Positions 7,954-16,911 of a stretch of 24,000 nt of DNA are shown one piece after another. The stretch comes from Crocinitomicaceae bacterium (GTDB lineage Bacteria > Bacteroidota > Bacteroidia > Flavobacteriales_D > Crocinitomicaceae). Below the pieces are notes generated by a model that saw only the letters and a list, made by a program, of their open reading frames with translations, was not told the origin of the DNA and searched no databases. The DNA lies in contig JBBALI010000001.1 of NCBI GenBank assembly GCA_040403095.1, positions 150,560-174,559 on the forward strand, given 5' to 3'. Position 1 is the first letter of the stretch; each line of letters starts with the position of its first letter. The position numbers and the translations under genes were made by a program.

Positions 7954-10491
7954 CTACATCGAAATAATTAGTTCGCCATTTTCATCTAATTCAGGCGTTT
8001 CCTCATCATCAGCTGGAGGCAATACGTTGTCAGAACCTATGCAAGAAAACTGACTGTCGTCGTATCCTTTCGGTTTTTCAAAATCAGTGGTCGAAATAGA
8101 AATATTTGCGTCTTTGTATACTTTTTGCATAAAATATCCATAAATCGGTGCAGCGGTTCTTCCTCCTTGTCCTTCTCGAGTTGAACGGAAATGTACACCT
8201 CTGTCTTCAGCACCAACCCAAACACCTGTTGCTAAATCTGGCGTCAAACCTACAAACCAGCCATCAGAGTTATTTTGTGTTGTACCCGTTTTTCCTGCTG
8301 TTGGATAAATCAAATTTCCCCAAGAAGCGCCACTTCTTAATGTACTAGCAGTTCCGCCTTGTACAACCGCTTCCATCATTTTCAACACAGAATAAGCGAC
8401 TTGCTCATTGATTGCTTCACGCATCGTTGGTTTTGCATTGTAAATTACGTGTCCGTTTCTGTCTTCGATTCGCAAAATGGTTGTTGGTTTATTGAAAATT
8501 CCTTTGTTTACAAAAGTTGCTTGTGCACCAACCAATTCATACAAAGACAAATCCATTGAACCTAGACACATCGCTGGTACAATATCGTTCGGACTCAATT
8601 CTATATCCAAACTTTTCATCAATTTGGCAACAGTTTGTGGTCCAGCCTGCGCGCCCATTTTTGCCATGATTGCAACCGTAATGTTGTTTTTTGACATTTG
8701 AAGTCCACGTCTAACAGAGCACATTCCACCAGAAATTTCACCGTCGGAGTTTTTAGGACACCACTGACCATCAGGATTACCACTAGGGTCAAATAAATCC
8801 ACACAATGTCTGATATCAGGAATTTGAGTACAAGGTTTTACCACATTCATGGCAATTCCAGAAGCGTAAATAAAAGGTTTGATTGTAGAACCAACTTGAC
8901 GTTTTCCTAATCGAACGTGGTCAAATGCAAAGTGATCAATATTTGTTCCTCCAACCCAAGCTTTTACAAATCCTGTCTCTGGTTCGATAGAAATCAAACC
9001 TGCTTGCAAGTATGATTTATAATACAACATTGAATCGTATGGAGACATCAAAGTATCGATATCACCATCCCAAGAGAAAACGCGCATTTGGACTTTTTCT
9101 TTGAAGCTTTTCTCAATTTGAGCCTCAGAAATTCCTTGTGCAGCCATGCTTATATAACGATTTGAACGTTTCATGGAGGTTCTCATGATTTTATCTACCT
9201 CCTCTTTGGTCAAATTATTTGAAAACGGGAAATTTTTCAATCCTCTATTATTTCGATCAAAAGAAGGTTGTAAATTTTCTTTCAAATGACGTTCAACAGC
9301 TTCTTCCGCATATTCTTGCATGTCAGCATTTAATGTAGTGTAGATTTTCAATCCGTCGCTGTAAATATTCCACGGAACTCCATCTTCACGTTTGTATTTC
9401 AGCGAACCATCAGGATTTTTTTCATTCAAAATCGTCGTAACTTCTGCTCTAACTGATTCTCTAAAATACGGAGCAAGTCCTTTTTTGTGGTCAACCACCT
9501 GATAATCTGTAATCAATGGTTTCACTTTCAATTGGTCGTATTCTGCTTGAGTTAATTTTATTCTCAAACTTTCATTTCCATCATTTGAGTTTTTCAACCA
9601 TTGAAACAAGACTTGATTTCTTCGTTCAAGTGCGCGAATACTGTCAGATGCTCTCGCCTCCCTGATTTCAGCTAGCGTAATTTGACCTGGTGGAACTTCT
9701 TTTTTGTTTGCTAATCTTTGTCTGTAGTTGCGGATTTTGAAAGTGTAGGGGTTATACAAATCAGGATTTTTACACATTCCAATCAACATAGCTGCTTCAT
9801 CTTTGGTAAGTTGAATGGGCTTTTTGTTGAAATAAACTTTCGAAGCATTAGCAATTCCAACTGCATTGTACAAGAAATCAAACTGATTCAAGTACATCGT
9901 GATAATTTCTTCTTTAGTGTAACGTTCTTCCAAACGAGTTGCGATGATATTTTCACGTGCTTTCTCGTTCAAACGACTGAAAATTCGGCCGATTTTCCCT
10001 GTACTTTCGTCACCAACATCTTCCCCATTTGCGCGTGCAATTGCTTCTCTGTCGCGCATTTGTAATGTAAACAAAAGTTTCGCCAATTGTTGAGAAATGG
10101 TAGAAGCACCACCTGCACCGCCGACACTTACTACAGCGCGCCCAATTGCTTTGATATCCACACCGGAATGTTCGTGAAAACGCTCGTCTTCGGTAGAAAT
10201 TAAGGCATCCGTTACAAAAGGAGAAATCGCTTTGTATTCAACACTTGAGCGGTTAATTTTCCAGTATTTTCCCAATTCTGTTTCACCATCGTCAGCATAA
10301 ATTACTGAGGCCAATAATTCAGGTGGATTATCGAGCATTGCTACTGGCGGCAAGTCATCTTCCGATTGAAAAAGCAATAAGCAAGCAATAAACAAAAGTG
10401 GAAATAAAGCGCCACCCCAAAAAACGATAGTCATTTTTTTCTTTCCTTGATCGGAAAAAAAGGGTGATGATTTGGATACTTTTTTACTCAT
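7954..10491 (-). CDS. mrcA: bifunctional class A penicillin-binding protein (PBP1A: glycosyltransferase GT51 + transpeptidase)
   Basis: 845 aa with an N-terminal TM anchor. GT51 motifs are TEDERFHEHSGVD and GASTISQQLAK. Transpeptidase motifs are STIK (SxxK), SKN (SxN) and KTGT. Confidence 0.92.
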   Translation of the reverse strand: MSKKVSKSSPFFSDQGKKKMTIVFWGGALFPLLFIACLLLFQSEDDLPPVAMLDNPPELLASVIYADDGETELGKYWKINRSSVEYKAISPFVTDALISTEDERFHEHSGVDIKAIGRAVVSVGGAGGASTISQQLAKLLFTLQMRDREAIARANGEDVGDESTGKIGRIFSRLNEKARENIIATRLEERYTKEEIITMYLNQFDFLYNAVGIANASKVYFNKKPIQLTKDEAAMLIGMCKNPDLYNPYTFKIRNYRQRLANKKEVPPGQITLAEIREARASDSIRALERRNQVLFQWLKNSNDGNESLRIKLTQAEYDQLKVKPLITDYQVVDHKKGLAPYFRESVRAEVTTILNEKNPDGSLKYKREDGVPWNIYSDGLKIYTTLNADMQEYAEEAVERHLKENLQPSFDRNNRGLKNFPFSNNLTKEEVDKIMRTSMKRSNRYISMAAQGISEAQIEKSFKEKVQMRVFSWDGDIDTLMSPYDSMLYYKSYLQAGLISIEPETGFVKAWVGGTNIDHFAFDHVRLGKRQVGSTIKPFIYASGIAMNVVKPCTQIPDIRHCVDLFDPSGNPDGQWCPKNSDGEISGGMCSVRRGLQMSKNNITVAIMAKMGAQAGPQTVAKLMKSLDIELSPNDIVPAMCLGSMDLSLYELVGAQATFVNKGIFNKPTTILRIEDRNGHVIYNAKPTMREAINEQVAYSVLKMMEAVVQGGTASTLRSGASWGNLIYPTAGKTGTTQNNSDGWFVGLTPDLATGVWVGAEDRGVHFRSTREGQGGRTAAPIYGYFMQKVYKDANISISTTDFEKPKGYDDSQFSCIGSDNVLPPADDEETPELDENGELIISM

Positions 10492-10539
10492 GAAACAAAA
10501 GATTTGGTGTAAAAATAACGAAAATCGCGACTTGATATA

Positions 10540-10555
10540 AAATTCGTTTCACAAA
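10540..10555. promoter_or_regulatory. 16-bp direct repeat copy 1 (AAATTCGTTTCACAAA) in the mrcA/AraC divergent intergenic region
   Basis: Identical to 10645-10660, exactly 105 bp away. Confidence 0.4.
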
Positions 10556-10644
10556 AGAATTAAAAAGGAGTTTTTAATAAACCACAAGGAGTTAAATTAA
10601 ATTTTAAAAGATGAGAATTTAGTTAAAAGTTATTTTTTTGAATT

Positions 10645-10660
10645 AAATTCGTTTCACAAA
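10645..10660. promoter_or_regulatory. 16-bp direct repeat copy 2 (AAATTCGTTTCACAAA), abutting the AraC start codon
   Basis: Identical to 10540-10555. Its last base is the A of the AraC ATG at 10660. Confidence 0.4.
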
Positions 10661-11514
10661 TGGATTATATCTTCAAAAATAAAGACGGTTTTGGGCAGGT
10701 AAGATTATTTTCAAACAAAATAGACTTAGAGCAATATTATTTTGAGCAAAAATCGGGTTTTAGTTTTCATACAATTGCATGGAATAGAGGAAAAAATCAA
10801 ATTATTACAATCGACGAAGTCCAATATCATTTTGAAGAAAACACTGTGCTGCCTCTCATGCTGAATCAGTCTTTTAAGTTTGAAAATCCACAAGATATTG
10901 TTGCTTGGCAATTTAACCAAGAATTTTATTGCATAGCAAATCACGATGCGGAAGTTGGCTGCGTAGGCTTTATATTTTTTGGTCCATCTCCAACCATGTT
11001 TGTTTTTTTGGATGAAGAACAAAAAAGGAAAATGCAAAGTATTTTCGAGTTATTTGAGGAAGAATTTAATTCGGATGAAGATATCAAGGGAGAAATGCTA
11101 AGAATGCTACTTGTTCGACTGATTATTAATATCACAAGACTTGCAAAAAAACAATACCTAGGTAGCGAAGAAGTCGTAGAAGAAAAATTTAATTTAATTC
11201 GTCAATTTAATTTGTTGGTAGAAATTCATTTTAGAAAAGAACATCAAATTGCCTTTTATTCAGACTTATTAAATAAATCCTCAAAAACGATTTCAAATTA
11301 CTTTTCACTATACAGCAGTAAAACACCACTTCAAATAATTCAAAACAGAATCATCAGTGAAGCCAAACGATTATTTTATTATTCTGATAAATCAGTAAAA
11401 GAAATTGCTGATGAATTAGGGTTTGAAGACGCTGCACATTTTAGTAAATTCTTTAAAAAACATACTTCTTTGAGCCCTACTGAGCTTAAAAAAGCTACTC
11501 AAAACCCTATTTAG
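10660..11514 (+). CDS. AraC/XylS-family transcriptional regulator
   Basis: 284 aa. The C-terminal double HTH reads FYSDLLNKSSKTISNYF and IADELGFEDAAHFSKFFKKHTSLSPTELKK. The N-terminal domain is of the ligand-binding type. Confidence 0.85.
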   Translation: MDYIFKNKDGFGQVRLFSNKIDLEQYYFEQKSGFSFHTIAWNRGKNQIITIDEVQYHFEENTVLPLMLNQSFKFENPQDIVAWQFNQEFYCIANHDAEVGCVGFIFFGPSPTMFVFLDEEQKRKMQSIFELFEEEFNSDEDIKGEMLRMLLVRLIINITRLAKKQYLGSEEVVEEKFNLIRQFNLLVEIHFRKEHQIAFYSDLLNKSSKTISNYFSLYSSKTPLQIIQNRIISEAKRLFYYSDKSVKEIADELGFEDAAHFSKFFKKHTSLSPTELKKATQNPI

Positions 11515-11543
11515 GGAACAATCTACACATATTCGGGAACAAT
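11514..11543 (+). promoter_or_regulatory. direct repeat GGGAACAAT x2 with 21-bp period, candidate AraC-type operator
   Basis: GGGAACAAT occurs at 11514-11522 and 11535-11543. A G-rich 9-mer is unlikely by chance in this AT-rich spacer. Located between the AraC stop and the first operon gene. Confidence 0.35.
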
Positions 11544-11582
11544 TTCTATTTTCTGTCCTATCAATTGATTGCATTTTTGCAT

Positions 11583-11612
11583 TGTCAAAATGAAAGGACT
11601 TTTATTTTGACA
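11583..11612. promoter_or_regulatory. perfect inverted repeat TGTCAAAAT-N12-ATTTTGACA upstream of the YHS gene
   Basis: The 9-bp arms are at 11583-11591 and 11604-11612. The repeat ends 32 nt before the ATG at 11645. Confidence 0.35.
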
Positions 11613-11644
11613 GATTAAGCAAATTAATAATCAAAATAAGAAAT

Positions 11645-12106
11645 ATGAAAAAATTCATTCTAACAGTAATTCTAATTGTTTTCGGTGTAGGTATAGCTAC
11701 TTCGCAAACCGCTTTAAGAAAAAAACACTTTAATATTGAAAAAGGAGTTGCAATTCAGGGATATGATCCTGTTGCTTATTTTATTTCAGGCAAAGCAATT
11801 TTAGGAAATAAAAGCTTGGCTGTTACAACAGAAGGAATCACCTATTATTTCTCCTCTCAAAAATACAAGGATTTTTTTCTAAAAAACCCAACAAAATTTG
11901 AACCACAATACGGTGGATGGTGTGCTTATGCGATGGGCGAGAATAATGAAAAAGTAGAAATTGACCCCGAAACTTTCAAAATTGTAGATGGTAAATTATA
12001 CTTGTTTTATCATTCTTGGACAAACAATACATTGACAAAATGGAATGAAAATCAAAAAACTTTAAAATCAAAAGCTGATAAAAATTGGTCAGTTATTTAC
12101 AAATAA
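11645..12106 (+). CDS. secreted YHS-domain protein (Cys form of the 'YHS domain (seleno)protein' type)
   Basis: 153 aa with a signal peptide (ILIVFGVGIATSQ). Motifs are GYDPVAYF, ITYYFSS..YKDFF..NP and PQYGGWCAYAM. Confidence 0.8.
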   Translation: MKKFILTVILIVFGVGIATSQTALRKKHFNIEKGVAIQGYDPVAYFISGKAILGNKSLAVTTEGITYYFSSQKYKDFFLKNPTKFEPQYGGWCAYAMGENNEKVEIDPETFKIVDGKLYLFYHSWTNNTLTKWNENQKTLKSKADKNWSVIYK

Positions 12107-12118
12107 AACCCAATCATT

Positions 12119-12523
12119 ATGAAATTAAAAACCATTGCATCTTGGATACTTAGGTTAGTCGCAGCATTAATTCTATTACAAACGCTTTACTTCAAATTTT
12201 CAGCGCATCCAGAATCGGTTGCTTTATTCACAAAACTAGGCGTTGAACCTTGGGGTAGAATTGGAACTGGCGTCCTAGAGCTAATCACTGCAATTTTACT
12301 AATTCTTCCAACTACGGTTTTTATAGGAGCATTTTTAGGGTCAGGCATAATGGGCGGAGCAATACTTTCTCACATTTCAATAATTGGCATTGAATCGAAA
12401 GGAGATGGCGGACAATTGTTTCTTCTAGCGATTCTTGTTCTTCTCTTTTGCACAACAATTTGCATCATGCATTGGAAACAAGGAATTTTAATTTATAATA
12501 AAATATTAAAAAGCAAAAAATGA
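12119..12523 (+). CDS. DoxX-family inner-membrane protein
   Basis: 134 aa with four hydrophobic helices and DoxX-like size and pattern. Its stop overlaps the next start (ATGA at 12520-12523). Confidence 0.65.
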   Translation: MKLKTIASWILRLVAALILLQTLYFKFSAHPESVALFTKLGVEPWGRIGTGVLELITAILLILPTTVFIGAFLGSGIMGGAILSHISIIGIESKGDGGQLFLLAILVLLFCTTICIMHWKQGILIYNKILKSKK

Positions 12524-13437
12524 AAATATATCTTTTCCTCTTATTTGCAATTTTAACTGCAAATGGATACGCACAGGGTTGCAGTGATGCTGGTTTTTGT
12601 ACTGTTGGAGATAACAATTCAAACGCAGAAGACACGTTAAAAGAATCGAAAAACAAATTAAGTCTATTGTTAACCAATAGCATAGGCGATCAAAACGTTT
12701 TTGTATTTACACCTGGCATTCAATATGAAATTGCATTAAATACTCATTTCACTTTGCAATCAAAAATCACTGGAAATTATGCATCAGGAGATTTAGGAAA
12801 AGCAACAGGTTTTGGAGATTTATTTATCTCTTCCGTTTATGAATTCAATACAAAAAAGAAAGTAAAACATACTTTTACCTTGGGAACAAAAATCCCATTG
12901 AATCTTGGAGATATTCGAAACGGTCAAAAACCATTGCCGATGCAATACCAAAGTAGCTTAGGTACATTCGATTTAATCCTTGGATATAAAATAAAATTCA
13001 AAAAAATATTCGCAAACCTTGCTTGGCAACAACCTCTGACAGGGAGAAATCGAAATACATTTTTGCCTCAATATTTGAATACTATTGAGGCTTTTAACTA
13101 TCCTCCAAGCAATGATTTCAATCGAAAAGGAGACGTTTTATTTCGTTTTGGATATCAATTTATTTCCAACACCAAATGGAAATGGAATTCCTCCATTCTT
13201 AGCATTTACCATCTCGGCGAGGATACCTACGTTGATGGGAACTTGAGTATTAATCCTATAAAAATTGCTGGTTCTGAAGGATTAACAGTAAATCTAACCA
13301 CAATGCTTTCCTGCAAAATAAATAAATCAATCACCATTGGTTTATCTGGTGGAGTGCCGTTGGTTGTCAGAAAAGTAAGACCCGATGGATTAACAAGGGC
13401 TTTTGCCTTAACCCCAGAATTGAATTTTAACTTTTAA
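12520..13437 (+). CDS. putative outer-membrane beta-barrel protein with N-terminal CxxxxxC
   Basis: 305 aa with a signal peptide ending ANGYAQ. The mature N-terminus is GCSDAGFCT. Alternating amphipathic beta-strand pattern, with a C-terminal ...ELNFNF ending in an aromatic residue, typical of OMPs. Confidence 0.55.
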   Translation: MKIYLFLLFAILTANGYAQGCSDAGFCTVGDNNSNAEDTLKESKNKLSLLLTNSIGDQNVFVFTPGIQYEIALNTHFTLQSKITGNYASGDLGKATGFGDLFISSVYEFNTKKKVKHTFTLGTKIPLNLGDIRNGQKPLPMQYQSSLGTFDLILGYKIKFKKIFANLAWQQPLTGRNRNTFLPQYLNTIEAFNYPPSNDFNRKGDVLFRFGYQFISNTKWKWNSSILSIYHLGEDTYVDGNLSINPIKIAGSEGLTVNLTTMLSCKINKSITIGLSGGVPLVVRKVRPDGLTRAFALTPELNFNF

Positions 13438-13449
13438 ACAACTACAATT

Positions 13450-13878
13450 ATGCGCTTTTTATTTTCCCTTTTGATTGTTGCTGGTTGTTTACTGGCCAAT
13501 TCTTGTAAAAAGAAAGAAAATTTTGCATCCACGCAAATTCTAAACGAAACAGTTAATACATCTGCAATTCTAAAATACAAAGGCACTTTTACCTCAGGCC
13601 CTTATGGAACAACGATTGGCACAGCAGAAATTTACTTGCAAGATTCCATTTATCTTTTAAAAATATCCAATTTCAATACCACGAATGGTCCAGCATTGCA
13701 TGTTTATTTGTCAAAAGAATCGATGCCAATCAATTACGTTGATTTAGGAAGTCTAAAATCTATCAATGGCAGTCATGTTTATGCGATTAACGGACAACTA
13801 GACTTTAGTCAGTACAAATTTATTTCTATCCACTGTGTCGAATACAATCATCTATTTGGATCAGCAATTTTAAATTAA
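13450..13878 (+). CDS. DM13-domain lipoprotein
   Basis: 142 aa. The signal ends in a lipobox-like LLANSC. The pattern GTFTSGPYG..G.AEIY...L.ISNF.T.NGPALHVYLSK...ISIHCVEYNHLFGSA matches the DM13 domain. Confidence 0.7.
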   Translation: MRFLFSLLIVAGCLLANSCKKKENFASTQILNETVNTSAILKYKGTFTSGPYGTTIGTAEIYLQDSIYLLKISNFNTTNGPALHVYLSKESMPINYVDLGSLKSINGSHVYAINGQLDFSQYKFISIHCVEYNHLFGSAILN

Positions 13879-13882
13879 AAAA

Positions 13883-14383
13883 ATGATTTTCAATCAATTA
13901 AAACAACAATTAAGTTCATTAGGCAATTTACTATTGCAATTAAATGACGAGCAATATTCCCAAAAAATTGCACATTTAGGAAGTGCAAGTATCGGTGGGC
14001 ACACTAGACATATTATTGAGCTATTAATTTGTGCAACAGATGGTTTTACATCTGGGACTGTTGATTACATCAATAGAACAAGAAATTTGACTTTGGAAAA
14101 TGATCGATTGTATGCAGAAATGGAAATTGCTAAACTGCAGGAAAATTTCAACAAACCGGACAAGCATTTAAATCTTGTTGTGGATGAATTGGAAGATACC
14201 TTTGGAACTCAAGTAACAACTACCTACTTCAGAGAAATTGTGTACAATACCGAACATGTTATTCATCATTTGGCTTTGATAAAAGTGGCCCTCATTGAGT
14301 TGAATTTAAATCTAGTAGATGACAATTTTGGAATGGCCTATTCGACCTTAAAATACAAAGCTTTAAAAATTAAAAACAATTGA
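13883..14383 (+). CDS. DinB-superfamily (DinB_2-like) metal-dependent protein
   Basis: 166 aa, helical. A candidate His triad lies in GGHTRHIIELL and NTEHVIHHLALIK. Confidence 0.55.
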   Translation: MIFNQLKQQLSSLGNLLLQLNDEQYSQKIAHLGSASIGGHTRHIIELLICATDGFTSGTVDYINRTRNLTLENDRLYAEMEIAKLQENFNKPDKHLNLVVDELEDTFGTQVTTTYFREIVYNTEHVIHHLALIKVALIELNLNLVDDNFGMAYSTLKYKALKIKNN

Positions 14384-14398
14384 TAAAAATTTAAAACC

Positions 14399-15148
14399 AT
14401 GTGCACTGTCGTATTTATTCCCGATGAAAACAAACAATACTTCGCATCATTAAGAGATGAAAGCCCTATCAGGCCTCAGGCAATTGTTCCAGCACTTTAT
14501 AAAACAAATGAAGCCAAATATTTGATGCCAAAAGATGCGCTTGCCGGAGGAACTTGGATTGGAATCAATGAATTTAAAAATGTGATTATTTTGCTAAATG
14601 GTGGATTTGAAAATCATAACAAAAAAGACTCTTACACTAAAAGTCGCGGGCAAATTGTTCATGAATTATTACAATCAATTATGCCGGTTGTAGATTGGCA
14701 ACTCATGGAATTAAATGATATTGAACCATTTACATTAGTGGTGTGGAGTGATAACCACTTATTTGAATTGGTTTGGGACGGTGCAACGAAACACAGAAAA
14801 GGCTTAGATTCATCAATCTTACATCTTTGGTCTTCTTCAACTCTGTATCAAAGTAAATTTAAAATAAAGAGAAGAGAACTTTTTATGCAATGGATTTCTG
14901 AAAAACCCTCTATTACAAAACATTCTGTGCTACATTTTTTTAAATCGAGGAATGATGCTGAGAATGGTTTCATAATAAACAGAAGCGCAAACATGAAAAC
15001 TTTAAGTTATTCATTTATAGAATTATCTGAAAATAATTTGGCACATTTTGATTATTTCGACTTACAAAATCAAAACCACACGCAAACAAGCATTGAATTG
15101 ATTGCAAAAACAAATAGCTGTCTATTGGAAAATCATTCTATTCACTAA
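14399..15148 (+). CDS. NRDE-family protein (bacterial TANGO2 homologue)
   Basis: 249 aa. Starts with MC (MCTVVFIP), as in Cys-Ntn-type folds. Contains an NRDE-like motif, SLRDESPIRP, then GGTWIG. Confidence 0.72.
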   Translation: MCTVVFIPDENKQYFASLRDESPIRPQAIVPALYKTNEAKYLMPKDALAGGTWIGINEFKNVIILLNGGFENHNKKDSYTKSRGQIVHELLQSIMPVVDWQLMELNDIEPFTLVVWSDNHLFELVWDGATKHRKGLDSSILHLWSSSTLYQSKFKIKRRELFMQWISEKPSITKHSVLHFFKSRNDAENGFIINRSANMKTLSYSFIELSENNLAHFDYFDLQNQNHTQTSIELIAKTNSCLLENHSIH

Positions 15149-15159
15149 AAATTTAAAAA

Positions 15160-15843
15160 ATGTCAATATTTAAATCAAAGCGCATACTGATAACAGCTGG
15201 ACCGACGCGGGAGGCTATTGATCCCGTTCGATATATCACCAATCATTCAACTGGTAAAATGGGATATGCACTTGCGTCTCATTTATTGAGCTTGGGAGCG
15301 GATGTTCGCGTCGTTTCTGGTCCTGTTTGTTTGAATCATCAATTTCCGAATGATAAAATTATCCAAATAGAATCTGCTGATGACATGCTAGCAGCTATGC
15401 AAAAAATAGCACACGAAGCAGATATTATAATTTTTGCAGCCGCAGTGGCTGATTATAAATGCGAGAAAATCGCTTATCAGAAAATAAAAAAGAAAGACCA
15501 AAGTATGTCAATTAGCCTTGTACCAAATCCTGATATCGCTTTGGAATTATCGAAATCAAAAAAGCAAAATCAAACGTTTATTGGGTTTGCTTTAGAAACT
15601 GAAAACGGTTTAGAAAATGCCAGGTCCAAAATGCAGCGAAAAGGATTTGATAGCATCATTTTAAATATTCACAATGAAAACGGAAGTGGTTTTGGACATG
15701 ACACGAATCGAATTCAAATAATAGACAGTGATTTCTCGATTACTGATTTTCCAATGAAACATAAATCACAAGTTGCCATTGATATAGTCAACCATCTTTC
15801 AAAAAAAATAATGTTTGAATCACTAGATTCAGAAATTGCTTAA
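15160..15843 (+). CDS. coaB: stand-alone CoaB-like phosphopantothenate--cysteine ligase domain protein (no CoaC flavoprotein domain)
   Basis: 227 aa. ILITAGPTREAIDPVRYITNHSTGKMGYALA, VSGPV, AAAVADY, LVPNPDI and GFALET align by eye along the whole CoaB half of E. coli CoaBC. Confidence 0.85.
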   Translation: MSIFKSKRILITAGPTREAIDPVRYITNHSTGKMGYALASHLLSLGADVRVVSGPVCLNHQFPNDKIIQIESADDMLAAMQKIAHEADIIIFAAAVADYKCEKIAYQKIKKKDQSMSISLVPNPDIALELSKSKKQNQTFIGFALETENGLENARSKMQRKGFDSIILNIHNENGSGFGHDTNRIQIIDSDFSITDFPMKHKSQVAIDIVNHLSKKIMFESLDSEIA

Positions 15844-15855
15844 GCCAAGAATTCC

Positions 15856-16911
15856 ATGGATAAATTAAAAATAAAATTGAAAAGGGCACGAATAAAAACA
15901 TTTAACTGGGAATATTGGCCGATGTGGCTGGTTTATTTTCCTGCTAGTTTTTACTTCTTGTACTTGGCTATAAAAGCGAGAAGTTTTTTCTTTTTCTCAG
16001 CATCCAATCCTACGATTGAAAATGGCGGAATGCTGTTTGAAAGCAAATGGAAAATTTTTAAACTTATCCCAAACGAACTTTTTCCAAACACGATTTACAT
16101 TGAGGAATTTGAAAATTTTGAATCAATAAAGGAAAAAGTCAAAGTAGCGAATCTATTGCTTCCACTAATTGCAAAACCAGACATTGGCGGCAGAGGATTT
16201 GGGGTAAAAAAAATACATTCAATGCTAGAACTTGAAAATTATCGAAACGCAGTAAAAGTGCCGTTTTTAATTCAAGAATGCGTGAATTATCCTTTAGAAT
16301 TAAGTGTTTTCTACTTTCGAAATCCCACGGAAAACAAAGGTCAAATCACTTCGGTAACATTCAAAGAGCTCCTAAATATCACTGGAGATGGTTATTCAAA
16401 AATAATTGATTTGATCAAAAAAAATGACAGGGCTTTTTTACAGTTTGAAAAATTGAAAAATGATCCAAAAATTGACATGAATGAAATCCTTCAAAAGGAT
16501 GAAAACCGGACTTTAGTTCCATACGGAAACCATGTTTTGGGTGCTAAATTTGTAAACTTCAATCATATCATTGACAATGAATTGACTGAAACATTTGATG
16601 CAATTAGTAAGCGAATTGATGGTTTCTATTTTGGAAGATATGACATTAGATGCACCAGTATTGAAGATTTAAAAAAAGGTAAAAACATTTCAATTCTTGA
16701 ATTAAATGGTTCAGGAGCTGAACCTGCGCACATTTACGATCCAAATTTTTCTTATTTCAAAGCACAAAAAGTATTGGCTAACTACTTTAAAAACATGTAC
16801 ATCGCATCTTTTGAAAACCATAAAAAGGGCACTTCATACATGAGCTATAAAGAGTTCAAATTGGTTAGAATACTAGAATCTGAGTATAAAAATAAAATTT
16901 CTCTGACATGA
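15856..16911 (+). CDS. ATP-grasp carboxylate-amine ligase with hydrophobic N-terminal segment
   Basis: 351 aa. The N-terminus is WEYWPMWLVYFPASFYFLYLAI. ATP-grasp signatures are IAKPDIGGRGFGVKKI and ILELNGSGAEPAHIYDP (E-x-N Mg site). The stop overlaps the next start (ATGA at 16908-16911). Confidence 0.7.
   Translation: MDKLKIKLKRARIKTFNWEYWPMWLVYFPASFYFLYLAIKARSFFFFSASNPTIENGGMLFESKWKIFKLIPNELFPNTIYIEEFENFESIKEKVKVANLLLPLIAKPDIGGRGFGVKKIHSMLELENYRNAVKVPFLIQECVNYPLELSVFYFRNPTENKGQITSVTFKELLNITGDGYSKIIDLIKKNDRAFLQFEKLKNDPKIDMNEILQKDENRTLVPYGNHVLGAKFVNFNHIIDNELTETFDAISKRIDGFYFGRYDIRCTSIEDLKKGKNISILELNGSGAEPAHIYDPNFSYFKAQKVLANYFKNMYIASFENHKKGTSYMSYKEFKLVRILESEYKNKISLT

Noticed and set aside
10565-10593. 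AAGGAGTT repeated at 21-bp spacing in the mrcA/AraC spacer
   Set aside because: An 8-mer repeat in a 168-bp AT-rich spacer is expected by chance roughly half the time. It is kept separate from the significant 16-mer repeat.
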